A stretch of 30,523 nucleotides of DNA from Thermoproteota archaeon (GTDB lineage: Archaea; Korarchaeota; Korarchaeia; Korarchaeales; Korarchaeaceae): positions 1 through 30,523 of the forward strand of contig JAVCBY010000081.1 of assembly GCA_037917625.1 (NCBI GenBank). The letters run 5' to 3'. Position 1 is the first letter of the stretch. Every line of letters starts with the position of its first letter. The notes below the pieces were generated by a model. That model was not told where the DNA came from and made no database searches. It saw only the letters and a program-made list of their open reading frames with translations. This document shows, one piece after another, positions 7,799 through 17,331 of the stretch. The translations under genes and the position numbers were made by a program.

Positions 7799-7869
7799 GT
7801 ACCTCACCTCTTATACCCTGTCGCGGAGGGTCTGAGGTTACTAACCTCACCTCGATCTAATTAAAAAGG

Positions 7870-8130
7870 TTACCCTCCCCTCAACAGCCTCTCTATACTT
7901 ATGAGGGAGACCCTCTCCCCCTCTTTTCTACCTATCAGAATGGGGAGCTTGCCCTTCTCAAGCTCTAGCTTCGCTAATTCTACGGGATCCGTCAATCCCT
8001 CCGGTATTTCGTTCTCCTCTAAAAAAAGAGGGGATCCAGTAGCGATCTGCTGGGCTCTTATGGATATTATCCTGACCCTCTCAAACTTCGTTAGTCTTTT
8101 AGGACCCAACAGATCGCTATTCAAGCTCAA
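7870..8130 (-). CDS. rpo6: DNA-directed RNA polymerase subunit K (Rpo6)
   Basis: LTKFERVRIISIRAQQIATG...AKLELEKGKLPILIGR matches the Rpb6/omega family. Confidence 0.93.
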   Translation of the reverse strand: MSLNSDLLGPKRLTKFERVRIISIRAQQIATGSPLFLEENEIPEGLTDPVELAKLELEKGKLPILIGRKEGERVSLISIERLLRGG

Positions 8131-9773
8131 TCACTCTCGCTCTTTTCTCCCTTCTCCTTCCCCTTTCCGGGCTCGAACTTCTTACCGGCCGCAGCTATTA
8201 TGTCATCTATCTTCAGTATAGTCGTAGCGAACTCAGCAGCAGACTCTATAGCCCTCCTCAGCACTCTCTCTGGCTCTATTATGTCCTTCTCATACATGTT
8301 CTCGACCTCTCCAGTGTATATGTTGAATCCGTACTCCTTCTTGCCCTCAGCATGCGCCTTCCTCAATTCTGCGAGCTTTATTATTGGATCGTGGCCCGCA
8401 TTCTCTATTAATGTCTTTGGAATAGACTCTAAAGCCTCAGCAAACTTCTCAACGACATTCTGCTCCTTTCCACTCAACTGCACCGAGTAGTTCCTCAGCT
8501 TAAGCACTAGATCAGTCCAAGCTGCGCCAGCTCCTACTACTATCTTTCCATCCTCTATGACGTTTCTCACAACACTCAAAGCATCATGTAGATTCCTCTC
8601 CGCTTCATCAATTATTTGCTTCTCTCCTCCTCTTATGAGTATACTCACAGCCCTCGGGTCCTTGCATCCCTCGACGAATACCATCTTGTCCTCTCCAACT
8701 CTCCTCTCCTCAACGAGCTCAGCGAATCCTAAATCCTTCTCTGATATCTCCTTCACATTCACCACTATCTTAGCTCCCGTGGCCTTGGCTAGCTTCTCCA
8801 TATCGGACTTCCTCACTCTCCTCACAGCAAGTATGCCGTGCTTGGCTAGGAAGTGCTGAGCGACGTCATCTATGCCCTTCTGACAGAAGACTACATTAGC
8901 ACCTGCTGCAGCTATCTTCTCGACGAGTTCCGCGAGCATCTGCTTCTCCTGATCTAGGAAGTCCTTAACTTGAGTTGGGGAGGTTACCCTTATCTTAGAG
9001 GAAATTTCAGGCTTCTTTATCTCTAGAGCGCTCTCTATAAGAGCTATCTTAGCTTTCTCAACTCTCTTAGGCATCCTGGGATGTACTATTTCCTTATCTA
9101 CGACTATCCCCCTTATCAGCTTAGTATCGAAGAGGGATCCTCCCTCCTTCTTCTCCAGCTTTATGTTCTCAAGGTCCACTATCCTCCTCCCATCCCTCTC
9201 CTCAACGACTTGTAATGCGGCATCTACGACAAGGTCCGCTAAGTAGTCCTGTGCAACTCTCACCGATTTACTGCTCATAGCTATCTTAGCTACCTTCTTG
9301 AGTAACTCCTTATCCTTCCAATCCACTCTCATAGCTATCCCATCTAAGTATTCTATAGCCTTTTCAGCGGCCTTCCTGTACCCTGATATTATGACCGTCG
9401 GGTGAATTCCTAGGTCTAGGAGATCTTCAGCTTTCGATAGCAATTCACCAGCCAGTAAGACGACGGTCGTGGTCCCATCTCCAGCCTCCTGCTCTTGAGA
9501 CTTCGCTAGATCTACCATCATCTTCGCGGTAGGATGCTCGACCTCAATTTCCTTCATTATAGTCGCTCCATCATGCGTTATTATGACATCACCGAATGGA
9601 TCAACTAACATCTTCTGCATTCCCTTCGGGCTTAGGGAAGTCCTTATAGTATCAGCTATTGCTTTCGCGACTGTTATGTTCAGCCTCAAGGCCTCTCTTC
9701 CCCTCGTTCTTGAGGTACCTTCCTTCAATATCAGGACGGGTATCGCACCTCCACTCACTTCACCTGCAGGCAC
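8127..9773 (-). CDS. ths: Thermosome subunit (group II chaperonin)
   Basis: PVLILKEG, SLSPKGMQKMLVD, GDGTTT, AVRRVRKSDM and ILKIDDII. GTG start with SD GGGGGTG. Confidence 0.98.
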   Translation of the reverse strand: MPAGEVSGGAIPVLILKEGTSRTRGREALRLNITVAKAIADTIRTSLSPKGMQKMLVDPFGDVIITHDGATIMKEIEVEHPTAKMMVDLAKSQEQEAGDGTTTVVLLAGELLSKAEDLLDLGIHPTVIISGYRKAAEKAIEYLDGIAMRVDWKDKELLKKVAKIAMSSKSVRVAQDYLADLVVDAALQVVEERDGRRIVDLENIKLEKKEGGSLFDTKLIRGIVVDKEIVHPRMPKRVEKAKIALIESALEIKKPEISSKIRVTSPTQVKDFLDQEKQMLAELVEKIAAAGANVVFCQKGIDDVAQHFLAKHGILAVRRVRKSDMEKLAKATGAKIVVNVKEISEKDLGFAELVEERRVGEDKMVFVEGCKDPRAVSILIRGGEKQIIDEAERNLHDALSVVRNVIEDGKIVVGAGAAWTDLVLKLRNYSVQLSGKEQNVVEKFAEALESIPKTLIENAGHDPIIKLAELRKAHAEGKKEYGFNIYTGEVENMYEKDIIEPERVLRRAIESAAEFATTILKIDDIIAAAGKKFEPGKGKEKGEKSESD

Positions 9774-9921
9774 TATAGATCACCCCCACTTTAGATCACA
9801 GAACACCAGTTGATGTACCGAGTATCGCTACCATACGGGTTAAAAAAGATTACCTAGGTAGGAGGTAAATGAGTCGTGACGAATGATCCAAGATGAGAGA
9901 GGAGAATGGTGAATTGAGTGG

Positions 9922-12798
9922 ATGAGTCCGGAGAATATTTTTAAATTATTTCCAGAATGCCTGATCTCAGCTATAAGAGATAAGGGAATAACTGAGCCAA
10001 CTGAAATACAGAGAAAGGGGATTCCACATGTAATGAGAGGAGACAACGCCCTCCTAATCGCACCTACAGGCTCAGGAAAAACTGAGGCAGCGATATGGCC
10101 AATAATCTCAAGGATTTTGAATGAGAAGGAGAAAACAGGATTTCTTCTATTATATATAACTCCTTTGAGGGCTCTGAACAGGGATCTGGAGGATAGGATA
10201 ATTTTCTGGGCATCTAAATGTGGATTGAATGTGGGGGTGAGGCATGGGGATACCCTCAAATCTGAGAGGATGAGGCAGTCCAGATCCCCGCCTGAGATAA
10301 TCATAACCACCCCCGAGACCCTTCAGATAATGCTCTCATCACCTAAACTCTCCCTCCATCTCTCGAGAGTGAAATACGTAGTTATAGATGAGGTCCATGA
10401 ACTCCTCGATGATAAGAGAGGTGTCCAACTTTCAATAGCTCTGGAAAGGCTCAGAAGGATAACTGGGAGGGACTTCCAGAGGGTGATGCTCTCAGCCTCT
10501 CTTGGTAATCCTCACATAGCTCTCGACTTCTTCTCTTACTCGAAGAAGGGCAAGCTAGTGACCTCAGGAGAGGAGAGGAAGATGATTATACGAGTTATGT
10601 TCCCAAGAGTCATTGAGGAGGACCTTAAGCTCTCATCAAAGCTCTTACTCGAGCCCGAGGTGATCGCCAGGGTAAGAGTGCTGGCTGATGCGATAAGGTC
10701 CTCTAGATCCGCGATAGTTTTCACTAATACGAGGTCGATGGCTGAAGCTCTGGGCTATAGGATGAGCAAGATATTCAATGAACTTAAGATCCACGTCCAC
10801 CATAGTTCCCTATCTAGGGAAGCCAGAGTTGAGAGTGAGAGCCTCCTGAAGATGGGTGAGCTATCAGCTGTGATAAGCACCAGCTCGATGGAGCTGGGGA
10901 TAGATGTGGGCCATATAGACATGGTCCTCCAATACGGATCACCGAGGCAAGCGTTAAAACTTCTTCAGAGGGTAGGGAGATCAGGTCATGGCCCTGGTGG
11001 GATAGCTAAAGGCCTTATAATCGCTCAAGATTCTGATGATTTCTTTGAGTCTCTCGTCCTATCGAAGAACGCATTGGAGGGGAGATTAGAGGAGATAAGG
11101 CCCCTCGAGAAGTCATATGATGTCCTCTATCATACGATAGTAGGGATTCTCCTGAGGGAGAGGGAGATTAGCGTTAATGATATAGTCAAGATAGCTAATG
11201 GATGCTATCCTTATAGGGATCTAAGCGTGGAGGATTGCAGGAAGCTCCTCTCCTTCATGTCTAGGGCCTGGCCCAGGATCATATGGTACGATGAGAACCT
11301 AAATTTCGTGAGGAGGGCGAGTGAATTGGCCTTCGATTACTTCTTCAGCAACATCTCAACTATACCCGAGACCTCAAGCTATAGTGTCATTGATGAAGTC
11401 ACCGGGTTCTACATTGGAAAGTTAGATGAGGCTTTCGTCCTCGAATATCTCTTTCCTGGGGCTAAATTCGTTTTCAGAGGATCTGTATGGAGGATGAAGA
11501 GGATAGAAGGGGGAACTATATATGTGGAACAAGTATTCGATCCAATAGGAGCTATCCCGAGTTGGATAGGCGAGCAATTGCCCGTCTCAATGGAAGTCGC
11601 CGCTGAAGTGGGCAGGCTGAGGGGTAAAGTTGAGGAGGCATATAGGAAGGGGAAAATAGAATCTTTCCTACGTGAGGTAATGAAAGAGTATGGATTTTCT
11701 ACAGAGGAAGATATAAGGAGGGCTCTCTCCCCGATACTAGAGTATATAGAGAGTGGGTTCCCGGTACCCACGGATAAGCGTATCGTTGTGGAGGATGTGA
11801 GGGGAGGTGTAGTGATTCACTCGACCTACGGTAACTTGGTGAACAGGACACTGGGCAGAGCTATAGCTCAAGCTGTGTTGAAGCGTTTTAAACTTCTGGT
11901 CAGGATATCCGAGGATCCTTATAGGATATTGGCGCTGGGAGTCTCATCAGAGCCTATCATTGATGCGATGAAATCCTTGATAGGTGAGGATGAAGGGTTC
12001 TTCTTGGAGGCTATTGAGAATAGCCCCTCCTTCAGGTTGAGGCTCTTATACACTTTGAAGAGGATGGGATTGATAAAGGACTACGCTAGCTCGAAAGTCA
12101 TAAGTCTCAGTAAGCTGGCGAGGGCTTACGAGGGCACACCCCCTTATGAAGAGGCGCTTCGGGAGACTCTAATAAAAGATTTCGATGTAGAGGGTGTTAT
12201 TAAACTGCTCAGATGCATTGAAAGGGGAGAGGTAGAGTTAGTCAGATCGGAGAAGGAGGGACCTAGCCCTCTGGCATTATTAGGGCTCGATAGATCCGGC
12301 TTGCCACTGGAAGTCATACCCCCCGCGGAACTCTCTAAGAGGCTGCTGGAGAACTTCAAGAACAGGATACTCTCTCAACAAGTTACCTTAGTATGCTCTA
12401 ACTGCTGGAGTTGGTTCATGGATTCCGATGTGAATAGCTTGATGGACATCGGAGCGCCTATATGCCCTAACTGCGGCAGCAGGAGGATAGCTGCTATCAC
12501 TGGTTACTTAGTATCAGAAGCTAAGAGGTACGTGGAGGAATCGAAGCAGAAGGGGAGACCTTCCGTCGGGAACTGGGAGCTTGCAAATAGATGTTATGAG
12601 TTCGGCCTGCTTACTGAGAGATACGGATTGCCTGCAATAATTGCGATGGCTGCGAGAGCTGTAGACCCCATAGATATTGAAAGGCTCCTATCCGAAGTTG
12701 ATGAAGTGAACGAACGCTTCTTTGAGACCTTAGCGAGGATCGAGACTGAAGCTGTTAAGAGGAGGATGATGGGAAAGAAAAAGAGATCTAAACATTAA
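9922..12798 (+). CDS. lhr: Lhr-family DEAD/H-box helicase with a C-terminal Cys4 (Zn-binding) motif
   Basis: APTGSGKT, YITPLRALNRD, TTPETL, DEVH, QRVGRSGH, PSWIGE, and C-terminal CSNC...CPNC. Confidence 0.93.
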   Translation: MSPENIFKLFPECLISAIRDKGITEPTEIQRKGIPHVMRGDNALLIAPTGSGKTEAAIWPIISRILNEKEKTGFLLLYITPLRALNRDLEDRIIFWASKCGLNVGVRHGDTLKSERMRQSRSPPEIIITTPETLQIMLSSPKLSLHLSRVKYVVIDEVHELLDDKRGVQLSIALERLRRITGRDFQRVMLSASLGNPHIALDFFSYSKKGKLVTSGEERKMIIRVMFPRVIEEDLKLSSKLLLEPEVIARVRVLADAIRSSRSAIVFTNTRSMAEALGYRMSKIFNELKIHVHHSSLSREARVESESLLKMGELSAVISTSSMELGIDVGHIDMVLQYGSPRQALKLLQRVGRSGHGPGGIAKGLIIAQDSDDFFESLVLSKNALEGRLEEIRPLEKSYDVLYHTIVGILLREREISVNDIVKIANGCYPYRDLSVEDCRKLLSFMSRAWPRIIWYDENLNFVRRASELAFDYFFSNISTIPETSSYSVIDEVTGFYIGKLDEAFVLEYLFPGAKFVFRGSVWRMKRIEGGTIYVEQVFDPIGAIPSWIGEQLPVSMEVAAEVGRLRGKVEEAYRKGKIESFLREVMKEYGFSTEEDIRRALSPILEYIESGFPVPTDKRIVVEDVRGGVVIHSTYGNLVNRTLGRAIAQAVLKRFKLLVRISEDPYRILALGVSSEPIIDAMKSLIGEDEGFFLEAIENSPSFRLRLLYTLKRMGLIKDYASSKVISLSKLARAYEGTPPYEEALRETLIKDFDVEGVIKLLRCIERGEVELVRSEKEGPSPLALLGLDRSGLPLEVIPPAELSKRLLENFKNRILSQQVTLVCSNCWSWFMDSDVNSLMDIGAPICPNCGSRRIAAITGYLVSEAKRYVEESKQKGRPSVGNWELANRCYEFGLLTERYGLPAIIAMAARAVDPIDIERLLSEVDEVNERFFETLARIETEAVKRRMMGKKKRSKH

Positions 12799-13411
12799 TA
12801 GCAGATAATATCTCCTCAGCAGCTCTCTTAGGATCACTGGCCTTCGTTATCGCCCTTCCAACCATTACAAAATCGACTTTCTTAACCACATCTCTTATAG
12901 TAGTGGCATCTATTCCACCAGCGATCCCTATCCTTATTCCATGTCCCCTCATCTTCTCCAATATATCGAATTCAGAGAATATACCTTCATCAACGCCCTT
13001 ATGGATGCATATCCTATCTACATCCAGCTCGATGAGCCTCTCGATCCTAGTCCCGGGATCCCTAATGCCCAGCGTATCAGCGATAACTTCCTTCCCATCC
13101 TCTCTAGCTCTTCTAACTGCTTCCCTTATCGTCTCATCAGGAGCTACAGCCATCACGCTCATTATATCAGCTCCTGAGGAAAACGCCAGTGTGGCTTCAA
13201 GATATCCCGTGTCCATAGTTTTAGTATCAGCGAATATAATCGCCTCAGGAAATCTCTCCCTGAGGAGCTTAACGGATCTCATACCCTCAGATTTTATTAG
13301 CGGAGTTCCTGCTTCAAAACACTTAAATCCAGCTGATCTAGCCTTCTCAGCGATATCTAGCGCCTCCTCTAGATGGATCAGATCTAAGGAGAGGAAGACC
13401 TCGACTGGCAT
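12788..13411 (-). CDS. hxlA: 3-hexulose-6-phosphate synthase (OMP decarboxylase/HUMPS family)
   Basis: LSLD, EAGTPLIKSEG, ADTKTMDTG, HKGVD, AGGI and VGRAIT. Start reassigned to ATG 13411. Confidence 0.85.
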   Translation of the reverse strand: MPVEVFLSLDLIHLEEALDIAEKARSAGFKCFEAGTPLIKSEGMRSVKLLRERFPEAIIFADTKTMDTGYLEATLAFSSGADIMSVMAVAPDETIREAVRRAREDGKEVIADTLGIRDPGTRIERLIELDVDRICIHKGVDEGIFSEFDILEKMRGHGIRIGIAGGIDATTIRDVVKKVDFVMVGRAITKASDPKRAAEEILSAINV

Positions 13412-13461
13412 GCGCATAAGTGCTTGGGGTAAATAAAAGTAGTGAGGTGATGAATCCAAAG

Positions 13462-14823
13462 TCAGACCTTAGCCAGTTTCCTGAATCTCCTGTAGTTCAC
13501 GGGATCCCCTCTTGCCCTAACTATATAATTGGGAACTAAGGGAGTCCCGTCATCGAAATATATGGATTTACCGCTCGCATCATATATGCTCACTACATCG
13601 TAGCCGCAAGCCTCCCTGAAGGATGCTACAGTGTAGCCCCTCATAGATTCCTCCACTCGGAAGGCTATATAGTGAGGAGACCCTCCTTTAAAGGTCGGCG
13701 GCCTTCTGAGGGATCTGAGATCCCATATCCTCTGTATGATTGAAGCTATGATCCTAGATGCGTTCCCATCCCCGAATGGGTTGGGTGTCCTTTTGAGTCT
13801 CTCAATTAAGTTCGGTTGGTAGAGATACTTCCTCACCAAGGATACTATAGTTGCGGGGTTCGTGCCAGCTATCTCCCCGAAACCCATCTCTATGATCTCG
13901 GGCCTCTCCGTGTTCTCCCTTAATATAATGCAAGGCCTCTTGAGAGTAGCGGCTTCCTCCTGAACGCCTCCAGAGTCAGTCATTATGAGATCTGAGGAAA
14001 CAATAAGTCCAAGGAAATCTAAATAGCCGAGGGGTTCCAATATCCTGACATTCTTCAGGGATTTCAGCTTATTCCATAGGTCGAATGTCTTGAGTGCTTT
14101 CTGAGTCCTGGGGTGAATTGGCCAGACGAAGGTGATATCATTTAGCTCCTCTAGAGCCTTAAGCACCCCTATCAGCTTATGCTCATACTCAGTATTCTCC
14201 TTCCTGTGGAGTGTCAAGGTCACTAGAGGCTCAACTCCATCGAGATCGAACTTCTCCAGAGTCCTCTTGGCCGAGACCTTCCTCAGGACCTTAATAACGG
14301 AATCCACTATAGTATTCCCACTCAAGAAAGCTGTCCTAGGGGATATGCCTTCCTCCATCAAATTTGAGAAAGCTCTGGGTGTGGGTGCAAAGTTTAATGA
14401 TGCTAGATGATCTGAGATCCTCCTGTTTACTTCCTCAGGCATTGAGAAATCGTAGCTCCTCAGCCCCGATTCCACATGGATGAAGGGGACCTCCATCTTA
14501 GAGGTAGCTATCGCGGTCCCCAAAACGGAGTTAGTATCTCCCAATGCTATTACTCCATCAGGCTCGTAGCTCTCAACTATCTTCCCAATTTCTTTCATAA
14601 CTGCAAATGTTTGAGATACTTGATCATCAGATCCTATATTAAGGTTGATGTCAGGCTCCTCAACTCCTAGCTCCCTGAAGAAAATGCCGCTCATTTCCCA
14701 GTCATAATGCTGTCCAGTATGAACTAAGAGGAGCTCTATCTCATCCAGCTTACTCAGAGCTTCGTAAAGGGGAGCCATCTTGATTATCTCAGGCCTAGTT
14801 CCTACTGAGAGGATCAGCCTCAT
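13462..14823 (-). CDS. wecB: UDP-N-acetylglucosamine 2-epimerase (non-hydrolysing) with a C-terminal extension
   Basis: GTRPEIIKMAP, HTGQHYD, GDTNS, HVESGLRS, PEEVNR, TDSGGVQEEA and NPFGDGNAS. Confidence 0.95.
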   Translation of the reverse strand: MRLILSVGTRPEIIKMAPLYEALSKLDEIELLLVHTGQHYDWEMSGIFFRELGVEEPDINLNIGSDDQVSQTFAVMKEIGKIVESYEPDGVIALGDTNSVLGTAIATSKMEVPFIHVESGLRSYDFSMPEEVNRRISDHLASLNFAPTPRAFSNLMEEGISPRTAFLSGNTIVDSVIKVLRKVSAKRTLEKFDLDGVEPLVTLTLHRKENTEYEHKLIGVLKALEELNDITFVWPIHPRTQKALKTFDLWNKLKSLKNVRILEPLGYLDFLGLIVSSDLIMTDSGGVQEEAATLKRPCIILRENTERPEIIEMGFGEIAGTNPATIVSLVRKYLYQPNLIERLKRTPNPFGDGNASRIIASIIQRIWDLRSLRRPPTFKGGSPHYIAFRVEESMRGYTVASFREACGYDVVSIYDASGKSIYFDDGTPLVPNYIVRARGDPVNYRRFRKLAKV

Positions 14824-14835
14824 CTATCTACATGA

Positions 14836-14860
14836 GAAAAATCTTTTATTAAATATAGAT
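14836..14860. promoter_or_regulatory. AT-rich divergent promoter between wecB and atpI
   Basis: GAAAAATCTTTTATTAAATATA lies about 25 nt from both divergent start codons. Confidence 0.5.
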
Positions 14861-14881
14861 GCACTAACTTGGGGTGACAAT

Positions 14882-17287
14882 GTGCTGAAACCCGAGGAAG
14901 TCCTGAAGTTCTATGCTTACACGACAAAGCTGCATAAAGAAGATCTGGCTTCTGAGCTACTGAAATTCGATGACGTTCACTTAGAACCACCTCAAGGGCT
15001 TCCCGGTGTGAGGCCTCCTCAAGATGTCGAGTCAAGAGAGCTTGAGACCTATGAGGAGATCGTTAGGGCATTAGAGAGAGCTAGTGTACTCTCAGGGATT
15101 CCTTTATCGCTTATAGCTAACTTATCCTCAGGAAGAAGTTCATCAGGAGGAAATGACAGCAAATCGCTGATTTCGAAACTCGATAATCTTGTAGGAGAGT
15201 ACTTGAAGATTAAAAAAGAGATAGAGATCTCGAAAAAAGCGAAGCATCTATTAAAAGAGAGATCAGAAAGAATGAAAGGAATTGAGGGAAAACTGAGTGA
15301 GATTGAGGGGAAGATCTTGAGTTACTATAGCGCAGCTCTGGAAGTCGTAGAGGAAGATCCCTCAAAACTCAGGCTTGGGAGAGCCCTCTTAGAAATTGAT
15401 AGGGAATTGCTGAGGGTATCTTCTCTCCTCAAGATGGCCTCCGATAAGTCCCTATCGCTAGAAGACCTCAATGAAATAATCAAGAACGTGAGGGAATCCC
15501 TGAAGGGAACAAAGATTAGGATAAATGAACTCTTGAGTGAGGCAGAAAATCTAACAGAGATTTCCAAGATTTCTGAAAAGATTGAAGAAATAATGGGAAA
15601 AATGGACTATATTTTAAATAAAATTACTGAGTGCAGCTCCAAGAAGGAGAAATTAGCTGAGCTCAGAGTAGTAGATTCCCTGTGGAAAAAGATGAGAGAG
15701 AGTGTGAAGAAGGTTCCGGAGCTTAGCCCGATAATCGCGGAGAGGGAGCCAACTATATCGAAGGTCTCTCAACAGATGAGCATCTTAGAGGAGGAAATTG
15801 AGAAAATAGATTCTGAGATAAGGGGTTCCATCGAAAAAATTTCAGATGAATCCTCAAGCATTAGAAAAGATTTCTCATTAATTAGGGAGGGCCTCCTCTC
15901 GATAAAAGTGGTGGTCGCTGGTGAGGCTGAGAGGAGGGTGAGCGAGCTGATAGAAAATGCGAAGCCTCTGATCGCTGAGAGAGGGAAGATTGAGGAGGAG
16001 ATAGAGAATCTCAGCAAATTAGTTGATAAAAATTACATAAAAGATTTGAAGAAGAAGGAAAAAGATCTAAAGAGTAAAATAATTGAGATCTCAGCTGAGC
16101 TCGCTGCTACAGCGATTAATCTGAGGGAGAAGGCCTTGATGCAGAGGATAGAGATGCTCATGTATGAGGGGGAGGAGATATGCGTAATAGCAGGCTGGGT
16201 TCCCAAATCCAAGAAGGAATCGTTTAAGAGAAAGCTTGAAGAGAGACTAGGGGAATTCTTAGCTCTCGAGTTCGAGGAATCCGAATGGGAGGAAGCTCCC
16301 TCAAGGATTAGAATTTCAAATCCGATGAAACCGATGAGACTCCTCACTCACGAGTTATACGGTCTTCCATCAGTGAGAGAATTAGATCCGACGTTCCTCA
16401 CCGCTATATTCTTCCCCTTGATGTTCGGGATGATGTTCGGGGATCTCGGCCATGGGATAACGCTCGCTTTATTCGGCCTATTCCTATGGAAGAAAACTAG
16501 TGGATCGATGAAGGAGCTAGGTGGTATCCTCCTATATTCGGGGATTGCAGCAGCAATCTTCGGCTACCTTTATGGGGCTTTCTTTTTCATGTCGATCACT
16601 GAACATCCAATCCTAAGCCCCCTGCATGATACAATGAGACTTATGACTGTGGCACTCATCTTCGGTGCCTTCCAAATGTCCATAGGCTTCCTGATTAACA
16701 CTGCAAATAAGCTGATTGAGGGAGACCTCTTCGCTGCCCTCTTAGAGTATAGGGGACTCATGACTTTCATAATGTATGCTGGCGCTGTTTATGCGGCTAT
16801 AAGGAATAATGCGAGCATAGGGGAGACGTTAAGCGATCCCCTATTCCAAGCCATGGTAATACCCCTCATGATAACATGCTTCGCGCCCGTAATCAGATCC
16901 TTAAGAGAGGGTCATGGGATAGGAGAAGGCCTCTCTGAGATGATATCAACCCTTCTAGAGAGTGTATTAGCGTTATTCAGCAATTCACTTTCTTACATAA
17001 GGCTAGCAGCATTCGCAGTTATCCATGAGGTCTTCGGTATACTCACAGTTCAGCTCATGTTCGGGAAGGAAGCGATCATGGTCAATGAATTGGCCTCTCT
17101 TCTGAGCCCACTAGCGCTCATAGGTTTCTCTTTAATGAACATATTGGTCATGGGGCTTGAAGGACTTCTCTCATTCATACAAGCGACGAGGCTGACGTTC
17201 TACGAGTTCTTCACTAAGTTCTACAGGGCTTCTGGTAGGGAATTCAGGAGGGCCTCTGAGTTAATCGAGTCACTCATACCTGAATAA
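14882..17287 (+). CDS. atpI: A/V-type ATP synthase subunit I (a), with a long N-terminal coiled coil
   Basis: GTG start with SD GGGGTGA. AGWVP, YGLP...ELDPT, FGMMFGDLGHG, SYIRLAAF (essential Arg) and RLTFYEFFTKFY. Confidence 0.95.
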   Translation: MLKPEEVLKFYAYTTKLHKEDLASELLKFDDVHLEPPQGLPGVRPPQDVESRELETYEEIVRALERASVLSGIPLSLIANLSSGRSSSGGNDSKSLISKLDNLVGEYLKIKKEIEISKKAKHLLKERSERMKGIEGKLSEIEGKILSYYSAALEVVEEDPSKLRLGRALLEIDRELLRVSSLLKMASDKSLSLEDLNEIIKNVRESLKGTKIRINELLSEAENLTEISKISEKIEEIMGKMDYILNKITECSSKKEKLAELRVVDSLWKKMRESVKKVPELSPIIAEREPTISKVSQQMSILEEEIEKIDSEIRGSIEKISDESSSIRKDFSLIREGLLSIKVVVAGEAERRVSELIENAKPLIAERGKIEEEIENLSKLVDKNYIKDLKKKEKDLKSKIIEISAELAATAINLREKALMQRIEMLMYEGEEICVIAGWVPKSKKESFKRKLEERLGEFLALEFEESEWEEAPSRIRISNPMKPMRLLTHELYGLPSVRELDPTFLTAIFFPLMFGMMFGDLGHGITLALFGLFLWKKTSGSMKELGGILLYSGIAAAIFGYLYGAFFFMSITEHPILSPLHDTMRLMTVALIFGAFQMSIGFLINTANKLIEGDLFAALLEYRGLMTFIMYAGAVYAAIRNNASIGETLSDPLFQAMVIPLMITCFAPVIRSLREGHGIGEGLSEMISTLLESVLALFSNSLSYIRLAAFAVIHEVFGILTVQLMFGKEAIMVNELASLLSPLALIGFSLMNILVMGLEGLLSFIQATRLTFYEFFTKFYRASGREFRRASELIESLIPE

Positions 17288-17331
17288 AAAATTTTATTTT
17301 TAAGTTGGATGCTGGAGGAGGTGGTCTCGCT

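Noticed and set aside
9861-9921. uORFs, an in-frame TGA or a degenerate C/D sRNA upstream of lhr
   Set aside because: Poor SD spacing and weak boxes. Short ORFs are expected by chance in purine-rich sequence, and there is no evidence of recoding.
13447-13484. C/D box sRNA (GTGATGA...CTGA)
   Set aside because: Only about 38 nt, no clear C' box, and largely antisense to the wecB 3' end.
14780-14881. Upstream TTG start for atpI
   Set aside because: It overlaps the divergent wecB start and promoter. GTG 14882 has an SD and a typical (M)LKP N-terminus.
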